DNA of 64,000 nucleotides from Macrostomum lignano (lineage: Eukaryota), in NCBI GenBank assembly GCA_002269645.1, contig NIVC01001988.1, forward strand, positions 1 through 64,000, given 5' to 3'. The position numbers and the translations under genes were made by a program. Below are positions 12,190 through 24,100 of the stretch, piece after piece. Within the stretch, counting starts at the first letter, position 1; each line of letters opens with the position of its first letter. The notes beneath the pieces were generated by a model that was given only the letters and a program-made list of their open reading frames with translations, searched no databases and had not been told where the DNA came from.

Positions 12190-12850
12190 AAACCAGTCAC
12201 TCCGCCGGCTTGCCTACCTGATCATCTTCAAAGCAACGCTCGCAGAACGTCGAGACAGTTTAAGCCATCACTGTCGCTGGCTTCCACCGGCTTCCATTGG
12301 CAGTCTTTCGCCAGCATGAAGTCACCTGAAGTCACCGACATCGATGTGACAGTCATGAGCATGGACGTTATGCCGTTGGTTCTGCAGAGCTGGCTGCTGC
12401 TGCACCCTGGCTGGCAGGTCCGGTCTAACGCGATCCAGCAGCGAGTGCAGCCTCAGGAGGAACTTAGGTCGTGGCATGGGGCGTCACGCGGCGTAGGTGA
12501 GCAAAAATCGGGCTACTCGCTCGTCCAAGGATTCACTCTTCTGCTTAGCTAGCAACCTTTTGAGCGTCTGGACCGCCCTCTCGCCTGAGCGTTGGACGCC
12601 AGTGGTAGGGCGCCGTCCTTACGTGCCGAATCCTGTTTTTTGACAGAAAGGTCTCCATCTTCTTCCTCATGAAGTTCGGTTCGTTGTTCGATACGATGCT
12701 GCCCATGTGTAGAAAAACTTTGTCGCAGCCTCTGGATGGTTGCGGCTTAAGAAGTCATAGTTATTGCGTGGACATCCATCCACTTTGAGTGCGCATCCAC
12801 AGTGAGTATAGGCGGGACCAATGGCCTGTCTGGCCAAGCTCAAGGATGTT
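12190..12850 (-). mobile_element. Ty3/Gypsy integrase relic (K02A2.6-like), degenerate
   Basis: Across stops and frameshifts the minus strand reads TVDAHSKWMDVH...AATIQRLRQSFSTHG...SNNEPNFM...KNRIRHVRTAPYH...RAVQTLKRLLAK...VARFLLTY..TPHATT, a typical rve core. Confidence 0.82.
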
Positions 12851-13099
12851 TATCTGTCGAATGTAGATAGTATAGAGTAGAAAAGTGTAAAAAGAAAATT
12901 ATTAATTAAAGTTTCTGAAGCTCTAAATTGTCTCGATCTATTGAGACTATCCACTCTCACTCTCACACAGCAACAAATACTAGCAACTACGAGGTGCCAA
13001 CCAACCAACCAATTGCCAAGTCTATCCATTGAGCAATTTGAAAAACGAAAACGAAAATCCTGACAGACTTAGTTTCCACTCGGGTGACAGCAGCGGCTT

Positions 13100-13236
13100 T
13101 AAAAAGACGCCACGCGAAGCGAGGCATCTAACGGAAACTAGCGCAGTATAATAAATTAGTTCTGGGCTCAATTATGTTCATATTATAACACTTTTTGTAA
13201 TCATAACAAAAATTTGTCCCGGGATTGCAATCCCTA
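13100..13236. mobile_element. hAT MITE end, same family as 3830-4552 TIR
   Basis: Ends CCGGGATTGCAATCCCTA. The subterminal ~110 bp aligns to 54838-54959. Confidence 0.65.
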
Positions 13237-13389
13237 TACGGCACATTGTCAGTTGCTGAGTGCGTAGTACGCGCACGAATAGAAAAAGCTACCGGGTGGA
13301 CTGTGAATCGAAGTTTCTCTTAAAAACAACTGGCTATTTACTCACAATCAGGTACAATCAGGTGCACGGGCCCAGGTTTTCCCTGTTTC

Positions 13390-13550
13390 AGTTTTTCGTA
13401 TTTCATTTTCGTTTTTCGTTTTTCATTTTCGTTTTTCGTTTTTCATTTTCGTTTTTCGTATTTCATTTTCGTTTTTCGTTTTTCATTTTCGTTTTTCGTT
13501 TTTCATTTTCGTTTTTCGTTTTCCATTTTAGGTTCTTCGTTTTCATTTTA
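13390..13550. repeat. Simple repeat (TTTTCG/TTTTCA)n
   Basis: Iterated TTTTCGTTTTTCATTTTCG units. Confidence 0.8.
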
Positions 13551-13843
13551 GTTTTCGATTTGGCTATTTGAAAATTTAAATCAGAGAGTCTTGGACACTT
13601 TGCTTTATTTTTTCCAGACAACGATTAGATAATATTCTATACAGTGTGTCTTGAGCCACAGCTCACAGTGATTGGTGGTAGCTGGTAAAAAAAACCTATA
13701 CATTTAAAAGCTAGGAGCTAGTATAGAGGTCAGCAGCAATTTTATAAATACGCGTCTCTCTTTTCAACTCTTCCCACACGACAAAGCCTTCTCTAGATTT
13801 CCAAGCCAATTCTAATCCCAGCAGAATTCTTAATTCATACGCT

Positions 13844-14207
13844 ATGGGTGAGTACAGTTAATACAGTTTAAAGTACACGCATTAACGCCCTGCCGATAAC
13901 TATAACCATTTTCACTGTTAATTCAGCCACCAGCTTTGCCACCGCTGCTGTGCTGACCGTGTCGCTGCTGCTGACCTGCGGGCCGCTGCTGCAGGCCGAG
14001 GCGGGGCTCTTTGGCGCCTTGTTCGGCTACGGGATCTGCCAGACCGGCTGCAACACCGTCTGGGTCGCCTGCGTGGCCGCCGCCGGAGGCGTTGCCGGGG
14101 TCTCCACGGGCGGCACGGCCGTGCCCGCCGCCATCCTGGCCTGCAACGCCGCCCAAGGAGTCTGCATGGCCGCCTGCGCCTCCGTCACCATTGCAGGTCC
14201 AGTTTAA
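13844..14207 (+). CDS. Small secreted 6-Cys hydrophobic peptide, copy B
   Basis: Exon 1 is ATG G (13844-13847) followed by GTGAGTA. Intron 13848-13926 ends TTCAG; exon 2 is 13927-14207. Product: MATSFATAAVLTVSLLLTCGPLLQAEA-GLFGALFGYGICQTGCNTVWVACVAAAGGVAGVSTGGTAVPAAILACNAAQGVCMAACASVTIAGPV. TATAAATA lies at about 13743. Confidence 0.87.
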
Positions 14208-14788
14208 TTGGCGGCACTGGATTTGATGCATGCCGGATGAACTCTGTCGGAGGTCATCTGTCTGCGGTCATTAATTCAAATGGTTCCTCTGCACCTGGCG
14301 TCTGTTTCTCGTTTTCTTCGAAAGCCATTGCTTTTTCTGAAAGTTTCTGTCCGTTTCAAGATCAATATTTTTATATCCCTTCGACACACAAGGACTACTC
14401 AAGTAACATATATATACATGTAGGACGCTACACTCGAAATCTGTGGTAAATGTTTTGAAGGAAACTTTTCGCTGAAAAATACACTACAGAGATAGGAGGT
14501 TTTAATTTTTTCAGCACAAAAATTGTTTTTGCTTTTGATAGGAGACAGATCCAGTGTTCATCTTTTAATGTTGTGCCTTTCTTATTGCTCTATCAATATT
14601 CATAAAGCTTTTCGTTCAGAAATAGTTTTAAAGGCAGGTTTCACCGGAAAAATACACTACGGAGATAGGAAATTTCACGATCACATTATTTTGTGCCTCA
14701 CATGCTGCTCTAACGACGCATTAATCGATTTTTCATGTTAAATTGGTCTTGTCATTATTTTAAACGTTTTTTTCAAGTGCGAAGTACG

Positions 14789-14909
14789 GTTGCAGGGATC
14801 TCCATTGGCCCAGCAGTCGTTCCTCCCGCCATCCTGGCCTGCAATGCCGCCAAAGGAGCCTGCATGGCCGGCTGTGCCTCCCATCACCATCCTGGCCCCA
14901 ACGCCTTAG
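14789..14909 (+). pseudogene. 3' fragment of a third 6-Cys peptide gene
   Basis: VAGISIGPAVVPPAILACNAAKGACMAGCAS, then a +1 insertion, then ITILAPTP*. The 5' half is absent. Confidence 0.8.
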
Positions 14910-17529
14910 CGCTGGACGATGAGCTGTTAAAAATAACTGGAGTGAAGAAACGATTTTTTGCCAGATAGATTATTTTTTAAAAAGGATGTACCCACCATCA
15001 TTAAAAAACAAGTAGTTTCTTTAGTTCTTTCAGTCACTACCACTACTACTATTGGAGTAGTTAAAAAGGCCTTACTGACTAAGGGCTGCGGGCATCCCAC
15101 CGCAACGCGAAATCGTCTTACAGCCATCGGTGACGCAATTCTGCACAGCGTACAGCGGCCCTAACTTTCTATCCGTCAAGCAAGTACATAAACTCACTAC
15201 ATGTATGCCTTTGGGGGCTTGGCCTCATGGGGTGTGAATCGAACAGAGGAGATGCCGCGAGAGTAGGAAACGTAATTACCATTGAGCTACTCGGAAGCAC
15301 GAAGGCAGCTCTCTAAAAATCGAAGGCAGATCAGATTTTTAAGCTGTCGCAGTAAACTGCGGAAATTCCACTTGTGACAGCGAGACAACCAGACAGGGTG
15401 TGCTGCTATTGGCTGCTGCTCGTTGCTCTTAATTGGTGATGTAGATCCAGGGAGTCTGCAGTGCCCGGAGAGGGCATTTCACCGATGTTAATCAGGCGCT
15501 ATTGCGGGGTAAAGCGGATAGGTGTTCGTAGATAGGACGGTCTCCGTGCCGGAGAGAGCTGCACGTACAGTATAACATGCAGGCCAGTAATGGAAAAAGG
15601 GAATTAGAGGGATTGGACCGCGGGGGGGGGCAGGCGCCCTTTGTTAAGGAGCGGGCACGCCGCCGCCCCTAAATCGTAATCAAAGCTTCTGTTGCAACTA
15701 TGAATGGATCATCATCACACTTAAATTAATTATAATTGGATTAAGGGGTAGAATAATTTTGCGATACTTCATCGGTCTCTTTCTCAAGTTTCTTTCCTTC
15801 TACTTAAGTCTTAAGACCTCTTAGATGATTTCATTACATGACAAATTGTTTTTTGTTTCGTTACCTATTGATAAAACAAAGCTTCTAAAGAATGCATCTA
15901 GCATGTGAAGCAGTACACCTCATGAGGCGATAGTCTTTATTAAAAAAAGTTTTTTTGTTTTTTAATTTAAATATTTTATTTAAATTCTTAATTAATTAGC
16001 AGTTACTTTTTAAGCTGTTATTTTTATTTTAGTTGTTAAAACGATTGCTTCTATAGCAACGGCACGCTAGAACACAAAAAATACAATTGCAAATTAATTT
16101 TAACCATTAAATTCTGTACCCTTCTACAAAGCTCTTTACTGTACTTCCCTCTCATGCTTAAGAGAAATAAAAGCCTTAGCTTTGATTTATTATTTTACTA
16201 AATTCCTTCTGAAGCAATAATGAAGACTATGTTACAGTCTGCTGAAAATCAAATTTATCGTTTTCATAATAATAAATCTCCGTTTAGATTACATTCAAAA
16301 TTTATTGACATCAAGTATGTTAGAAACTAGCTTCATTAATACCTAAAATCTGCAAAGAAAGGATCATTTAATATTTTATTTTAAATAGTTATTTATATAA
16401 ATAGCCTATTCATTGCCACCTAAATTAGTATGGAGTTAAATGTGCCCACTAATACATACTATTTTCTGTTAATATAATACATATTCGTGTAAAAACTGTA
16501 TTTATAATCGCCTTAGTTTGTATTGATTTTATTAAATTATATTTATTTTGTACAGAGAGACAGACAGAGAGAGAGAGAAAGCAGTTCAGGTATCAACAAG
16601 ATCAACCTCTAATTTCTTGGTTGACAATCTAGTTATCAAATGAATATTATAATATTTAGCATCTTATGGGTAAATTGTTCATTTGAGTTTTCAAATTATT
16701 TTTATTTTAAATAATTGCCTTTGCAGTGCAGTCAAATAAGTTTCTGGGTAAATTGGGCTTTATTAAAACATTTATTTTGCCAGAAACAGTTTTAATAACA
16801 CTCCATAGTGCTCCATATTTGTTTTGCCATTTTTTCAAATGAGTAATACAAAAATCACTCTAAGCAGTTAAAATTAAAATTAAGCAGCTGCTAAGTATGC
16901 CCTGTGTTTTTATGGCTGTTTTCGATTTCTAAAGTCAAAATAATTCATTGGTTCATTTTTATTCAAAATATTTACAATTTTTTCAGTGAAAACATTGTGT
17001 AAACTAGAGTTATTATAATTTTATAAAGACTTTTTTTATGTATATAATATATATTTTATAGTTTAAAGATTGTCCGGGACTTTATTTGTATTTTCTAGGA
17101 TTTTATTTAATTTTTAATAATCCTGTAAAATCTTTATGCCTATGTTTTATCTGAGATTAAGCGTGACTTTTCGGGCCCTCGTGATTTATACAAATAACTC
17201 CCTCAAAAGGAATGTTAGCAGGTTGATCTGGACAGACAAAAACTCTTAGACAATTTAACAGATATTGCCTCAATATGCAGAACTCGTCAATTGTTAAGTT
17301 CGAGAAGTTTTAATAAAAAACCTGAGATCTCTTTGTTTAAGTAAAATCGAGCTACAGCTATTTTTAGAACAGCTATACTCGTAAGTATAGTTTTCTCCAT
17401 AGACGAGCTCACGCAGTTATGAGTTATTTTAAGCTCAACTTTGCGGAACCAAATAAACAGTCGATGAGCTGAGAACTTTCCGAACGCTCACACGCGATGC
17501 AACAAAAAACTTGTTAATTTAACCCGGCG

Positions 17530-17888
17530 ATGCCCCGTCCGTTGCAGCGCAAGCAGATGAAAAGTGGCGGCAACCGCAGCAAGAAGGTGAAGGTCTGGGT
17601 TCGAGTCCGGCCCAGCCAGAACTTTGCCGACGACGCCATCAAGCTGGACCCGGAGGGCCGGTCGCTGCAGATCAGCGTGCCGCGGCCGGCGGCGACCAGC
17701 AGCCGCAGCAGCGCGGCTTCGCCAACAACCAGCGCTCCGACTGGTCCTTCCGCACCGACGGCATCTTCTCCAACTCCTCGCAGCAGGAGGTCTACGAGAC
17801 TGTGGGGGCCGACCTCATCGAAAGCGGCTTGGCCGGCTACAACGGCACCATCATGTGCTACGGCCAGACCGGAGCGGGTGAGCTGAGC

Positions 17889-17981
<93 letters not shown>

Positions 17982-18013
17982 GGCTGTCTGTCTGTCTGCC
18001 TGCCTGCCTGTCC

Positions 18014-18059
<46 letters not shown>

Positions 18060-18060
18060 G

Positions 18061-18098
<38 letters not shown>

Positions 18099-18108
18099 CC
18101 TGTCTGCC

Positions 18109-18149
<41 letters not shown>

Positions 18150-21100
18150 TAGTGAATCTGCAAAGCTGCTTGCCAATGCTCAAAGATCGCTCTCGTGCGT
18201 GGTGTTTCAGGCAAAACTTTCACCATCACGGGTGCCACCGAGATGTTCCACAATCGCGGTCTGGTGCCCAGGGCGCTGAGCCATCTGTACAAGGAGATCG
18301 AGGCCAAGTCCGACCTGGCCATCACGGTGCGCATTACCTACTTGGAGATCTACAACGACACCATGCTGGACCTGCTGGCCACCATGCCTGACAGCCAGGA
18401 GGCCGGCAGCCCGCTGGTCATCACCGAGGAGAATGGCGGCGTCTACGTCAAAGGCCTGAATGTCCACCTGGCGCAATCGGAGGAGGAGGCGCTGAACCTG
18501 CTGTTTGAGGTGATTAGGCGGGCTGCGCATCTGGATCTGAGTTCTGATTAGGCTGTTTGTGCATTTGAGGCAGCAGAGTAGCTTAGCGGCATCTGGATCT
18601 GAGTTCTGATTAGGCTGTTTGTGCATTTGAGGCAGCAGAGTAGCTTAGCGGCATCTGGATCTGAGTTCTGATTAGGCTGTTTGTGCATTTGAGGCAGCAG
18701 AGTAGCTTAGCGGCATCTGGATCTGAGTTCTGATTAGGCTGTTTGTGCATTTGAGGCAGCAGAGTAGCTTAGCGGCCACGACCCCTGGTTCAATTCCGTG
18801 TGTTCCAAAGTTGACCAAGGGTTAGCCGTTCGAGTCTCACCAATGAGGACCAGCTCCCAAGGCACACAGAGTGAACATGCCTGACGATTAGAAAGTCAGG
18901 GGCCGATGACCATATACATGTATACATGTAGGTTGCGAAAGCACTCAGACCCCAGATTTAGGGGATGGGTGACCATTTTTGCACTGCGCATTAGAGGGGC
19001 ATCTAGGCAGGTTAGTGAGGCTGGTGACCGAGCCACTGTCAGCATCATAAAGTAAAATAAGAATCTTCGCCCAGTAGCCCTACTGTCGCCATTGAAAAAC
19101 CCGCACCGCAGGGCGAGACTAACCGCGCCACGGCTGCTCACGCGCTGAACAAGAACTCTTCCAGGTCGCACACGATTTTCACCGTCTACCTGGAGACCCG
19201 GTCCCGGTTCCAGTCCAATTCCAAGTACACAACGTCCAAGATTAACTTCGTAGATCTGGCCGGATCCGAGAGGCTGCAGAAAACCCTGAGCACGGGAAAG
19301 ACTCAGCAGGAGGCCTCCTACATCAACAAGTCGCTGTCGTTTCTCGAGCAGACAGTCATCGCGCTGACGGAGAAGAACCGCGACCACGTGCCTTACAGGC
19401 AGAGCAAGCTGACACACTACCTGAAGGACAGCATCGGCGGCGGCTGCAAGACCATCCTCATCGCCAACATCTGGGGCGACGTCAGGCAGCTTGACGAAAC
19501 TGTGAGTTCCTGGACACTCTTTGATGAGCCGCCATTGGTGCAGTATTAGACTGGACACTCTTTGATGAGCCGCCATTGATACAGTATTAGACTGGAAACT
19601 CTTTGATGAGCCGCCATTGATACAGTATTAGACTGGACACTCTTTGATGAGCCGCCATTGGTGCAGTATTAGACTGGAAACTCTTTGATGAGCCGCCATT
19701 GGTGCAGTATTAGACTGGAAACTCTTTGATGAGCCGCCATTGATACAGTATTAGACTGGAAACTCTTTGATGAGCCGCCATTGATACAGTATTAGACTGG
19801 AAACTCTTTGATGAGCCGCCATTGGTGCAGTATTAGACTGGACACTCTTTGATGAGCCGCCATTGGTGCAGTATTAGACTGGAAACTCTTTGATGAGCCG
19901 CCATTGGTGCAGTATTAGACTGGAAACTCTTTGATGAGCCGCCATTGATACAGTATTAGACTGGAAACTCTTTGATGAGCCGCCATTGGTGCAGTATTAG
20001 ATTGGAAACTCTTTGATGAGCCGCCATTGGTGCAGTATTAGACTGGAAACTCTTTGATGAGCCGCCATTGGTGCAGTATTAGACTGGAAACTCTTTGATG
20101 AGCCGCCATTGATACAGTATTAGACTGGAAACTCTTTGATGAGCCGCCATTGGTGCAGTATTAGACTGGAAACTCTTTGATGAGCCGCCATTGGTGCAGT
20201 ATTAGACTGGAAACTCTTTGATGAGCCGCCATTGATACAGTATTAGACTGGAAACTCTTTGATGAGCCGCCATTGGTGCAGTATTAGACTGGAAACTCTT
20301 TGATGAGCCGCCATTGGTGCAGTATTAGACTGGACACTCTTTGATGAGCCGCCATTGGTGCAGTATTAGACTGGAAACTCTTTGATGAGCCGCCATTGGT
20401 GCAGTATTAGACTGGAAACTCTTTGATGAGCCGCCATTGGTGCAGTATTAGACTGGAAACTCTTTGATGAGCCGCCATTGGTGCAGTATTAGACTGGAAA
20501 CTCTTTGATGAGCCGCCATTGGTGCAGTATTAGACTGGAAACTCTTTGATGAGCCGCCATTGGTGCAGTATTAGACTGGAAACTCTTTGATGAGCCGCCA
20601 TTGGTGCAGTATTAGACTGGAAATAAACCAAAACCTTCAACGCATTTAACGATCACCAATGAGCACCCACCTGTTCCTCCTGCTTTCGGAGGCTGCGTCA
20701 ATGGAATGGGCGAAATTGGCTCGCCAGTTGTGGGACAATGTCTCCAAAGGCCCAGGGTGCCCGAAAGCCCACGGTCTGCGCATTTCATCTTCAATACCTC
20801 CCCCCCCCCGATCTGCCTGCAGGTTTCCACAATGCGATTCGCTCAACGAATGAGCTGCGTTGCCAGCGAGCCGGTGGAGAACCAGCGCACCGATCCCAGC
20901 GTGAGCAGCGGTTTTTGCTTTGGGCGATTTTAAATAGCTGAGCAATTTTTGTCATATTCAGCGATTTTCAGCGAATTTTTATTCAGGGCGTTAGAATCGT
21001 GTGATTCTGGGGGTAGAATCGTGAGATTCTGGGGGTAGAATCGTGTGATTCTGGGGGTAAGAATCGTGTGATTCTGGGGGTAGAATCGTGAGATTCTGGG

Positions 21101-24100
21101 GGTAAGAATCGTGTGATTCTGGGGTAGGAATCGTGTGATTCTGGGGGTAAGAATCGTGTGATTCTGGGGGTAAGAATCGTGTGATTCTGGGGGTAGGAAT
21201 CGTGTGATTCTGGGGGTAAGAATCGTGTGATTCTGGGGTAGGAATCGTGAGATTCTGGGGTAGGAATCGTGTGATTCTGGGGGTAGGAATCGTGTGATTC
21301 TGGGGGTAGGAATCGTGTGATTCTGGGGGTAGGAATCGTGAGATTCTGGGGGTAAGAATCGTGTGATTCTGGGGGTAGGAATCGTGTGATTCTGGGGTAG
21401 GAATCGTGTGATTCTGGGGTAGGAATCGTGTGATTCTGGGGTAGGAATCGTGAGATTCTGGGGGTAGGAATCGTGAGATTCTGGGGGTAAGAATCGTGTG
21501 ATTCTGGGGGTAGGAATCGTGAGATTCTGGGGGTAAGAATCGTGTGATTCTGGGGGTAGGAATCGTGTGATTCTGGGGGTAGGAATCGTGTGATTCTGGG
21601 GCTAGGAATCGTGTGATTCTGGGGGTAGGAATCGTGTGATTCTGGGGGTAAGAATCGTGTGATTCTGGGGGTAGGAATCGTGTGATTCTGGGGTAGGAAT
21701 CGTGAGATTCTGGGGGTAAGAATCGTGTGATTCTGGGGGTAAGAATCGTGTGATTCTGGGGTAGAATCGTGTGATTCTGGGGGTAAGAATCGTGTGATTC
21801 TGGGGTAGGAATCGTGAGATTCTGGGGGTAGGAATCGTGTGATTCTGGGGTAGGAATCGTGTGATTCTGGGGGTAGGAATCGTGTGATTCTGGGGGTAGG
21901 AATCGTGAGATTCTGGGGGTAGGAATCGTGTGATTCTGGGGGTAGGAATCGTGTGATTCTGGGGGTAGGAATCGTGTGATTCTGGGGGTAAGAATCGTGT
22001 GATTCTGGGGGTAAGAATCGTGTGATTCTGGGGGAAGAATCGTGTGATTCTGGGGGTAGGAATCGTGTGATTCTGGGGGTAGGAATCGTGTGATTCTGGG
22101 GGTAGAATCGTGTGATTCTGGGGGTAAGAATCGTGTGATTCTGGGGGTAGGAATCGTGTGATTCTGGGGGTAGGAATCGTGAGATTCTGGGGGTAAGAAT
22201 CGTGTGATTCTGGGGGTAAGAATCGTGTGATTCTGGGGGTAGAATCGTGTGATTCTGGGGGTAAGAATCGTGTGATTCTGGGGGTAGGAATCGTGTGATT
22301 CTGGGGGTAAGAATCGTGTGATTCTGGGGGTAAGAATCGTGTGATTCTGGGGGTAGAATCGTGTGATTCTGGGGTAGGAATCGTGAGATTCTGGGGTAGG
22401 AATCGTGAGATTCTGGGGGTAGGAATCGTGAGATTCTGGGGGTAGGAATCGTGAGATTCTGGGGTAAGAATCGTGTGATTCTGGGGTTAAGAATCGTGTG
22501 ATTCTGGGGGTAGAATCGTGTGATTCTGGGGGTAGGAATCGTGAGATTCTGGGGTAAGAATCGTGTGATTCTGGGGGTAGAATCGTGTGATTCTGGGGGT
22601 AGAATCATGTGATTCTGGGGGTAAGAATCGTGTGATTCTGGGGGTAAGAATCGTGAGATTCTGGGGGTAAGAATCGTGAGATTCTAGGGGTAAGAATCGT
22701 GTGATTCTGGGGGTAAGAATCGTGAGATTCTGGGGGTAAGAATCGTGAGATTCTGGGGGAAAGAATCGTGAGATTTTAGGGGAAAAATCGTGAGATTCTG
22801 GGGGTAAAAATCGTGAGATTCTGGGAATAAGAATCGTGAGATTCTATGGGTAAGAATCGTGAGATTTTGAGGGTAAGAATCGTGAGATTTTGAGGGTAAA
22901 AATCGTGAGATTCTGGGGGTAAGAATCGTGAGATTCTGGGGGTAAGAATCGTGAGATTCTGGGGGTAAGAATCGTGAGATTCTGGGGGTAAGAGTCATGA
23001 TTAAAACAATGTTTTTTATTTCAAAGTATTTGGGATTTTTTATTTTCCATGGGATTTTTGTCAAGCCAAGTTTTGGTGGCAACACTGCTTTGGACTGTTA
23101 AAACTGAGTCTTTGATTGCTTAAGCGTAGGCGTGCGAAGTACTTTGAGAACTATGCGAAAAGATTAGGGATATCAGGAGAAAGTTTTGGTAGAGTTTGAG
23201 CAGATCGGTTTTATTTTGTGGCATTAGACTCGAAACTTGAGTAGATCAACAGGTACAGTCACCAACTACCAATTCAATTAAAATTTATCCACAGTAACAA
23301 CCAGGGGCGTCGCCAAGGGCATGCCCAATGCTCCCCCGCCCCACCTTGTGAACAGTTATGGCAGTCATAACTTTGCTACAGGGCACCAAAATATAGCGCC
23401 TTTGACGCCAAGATGAGTGCCTGTCTGCGGCGCCAAGATGAGTGCCTGTCTGTGGCGCCAAGATGAGTGCCTGTCTGTGGCGCCAAGATGAGTGCCTGTC
23501 TGTGGCGCCAAGATGAGTGCCTGTCTGTGGCGCCAAGATGAGTGCCTGTCTGTGGCGCCAAGATGAGTGCCTGTCTGTGGCGCCAAGATGATTGCCTGTG
23601 GTGCCAAAATGACTGCCTGTGGCAATAATTAGAATAAATAAAATCAATAAAAATAATTACCCGTGTGTAACTACTAGAACTAACTAGGAAGAAATATTGA
23701 CAAAATGCCAAAAAGAATTAAAACCGACCGATGCAAGTTTACTACTTCAATATACTAAAAATATACACTCTATTAGTAGTATCACGACGCCATAGCGAGA
23801 CCTGAACTCCGATCCCACAGATAATGGTGAAGGTGCTGGAGGCGGAGATCGCCGCATTGAAGAAGGAGCTGGCGATGCACAACACCCTGGTGAGTGAAGT
23901 TCCAATGGGCAAAGTCTGTGGAAAAGATGCTACCATTGTTCAAATGCAGTGATGCGTTTTCTGTTTCAAAACCACTTAATCGTAAAATTGCGTCTGATTT
24001 TCAGAAAATCGAGGAGCTGTTCGAAAAAGTAGTCTTGAAATTATCAATATGAATTGTTTTATTCAAAATATATTTATAAAATCTCTCTTTGATCAGTTAG

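Noticed and set aside
15400-15600. LSGHCRL-like LINE tail fragment
   Set aside because: Only one short motif among stops, which is not enough to call.
17680-17700. Programmed -1 ribosomal frameshift in KIF9 (and at ~1170, 11223, ~42022)
   Set aside because: There is no slippery heptamer at any site, and a single-base assembly deletion is simpler.
19510-20623. CRISPR-like regular 41-bp repeat
   Set aside because: Units are head-to-tail with no unique spacers, lie in a eukaryotic intron, and there are no cas genes.
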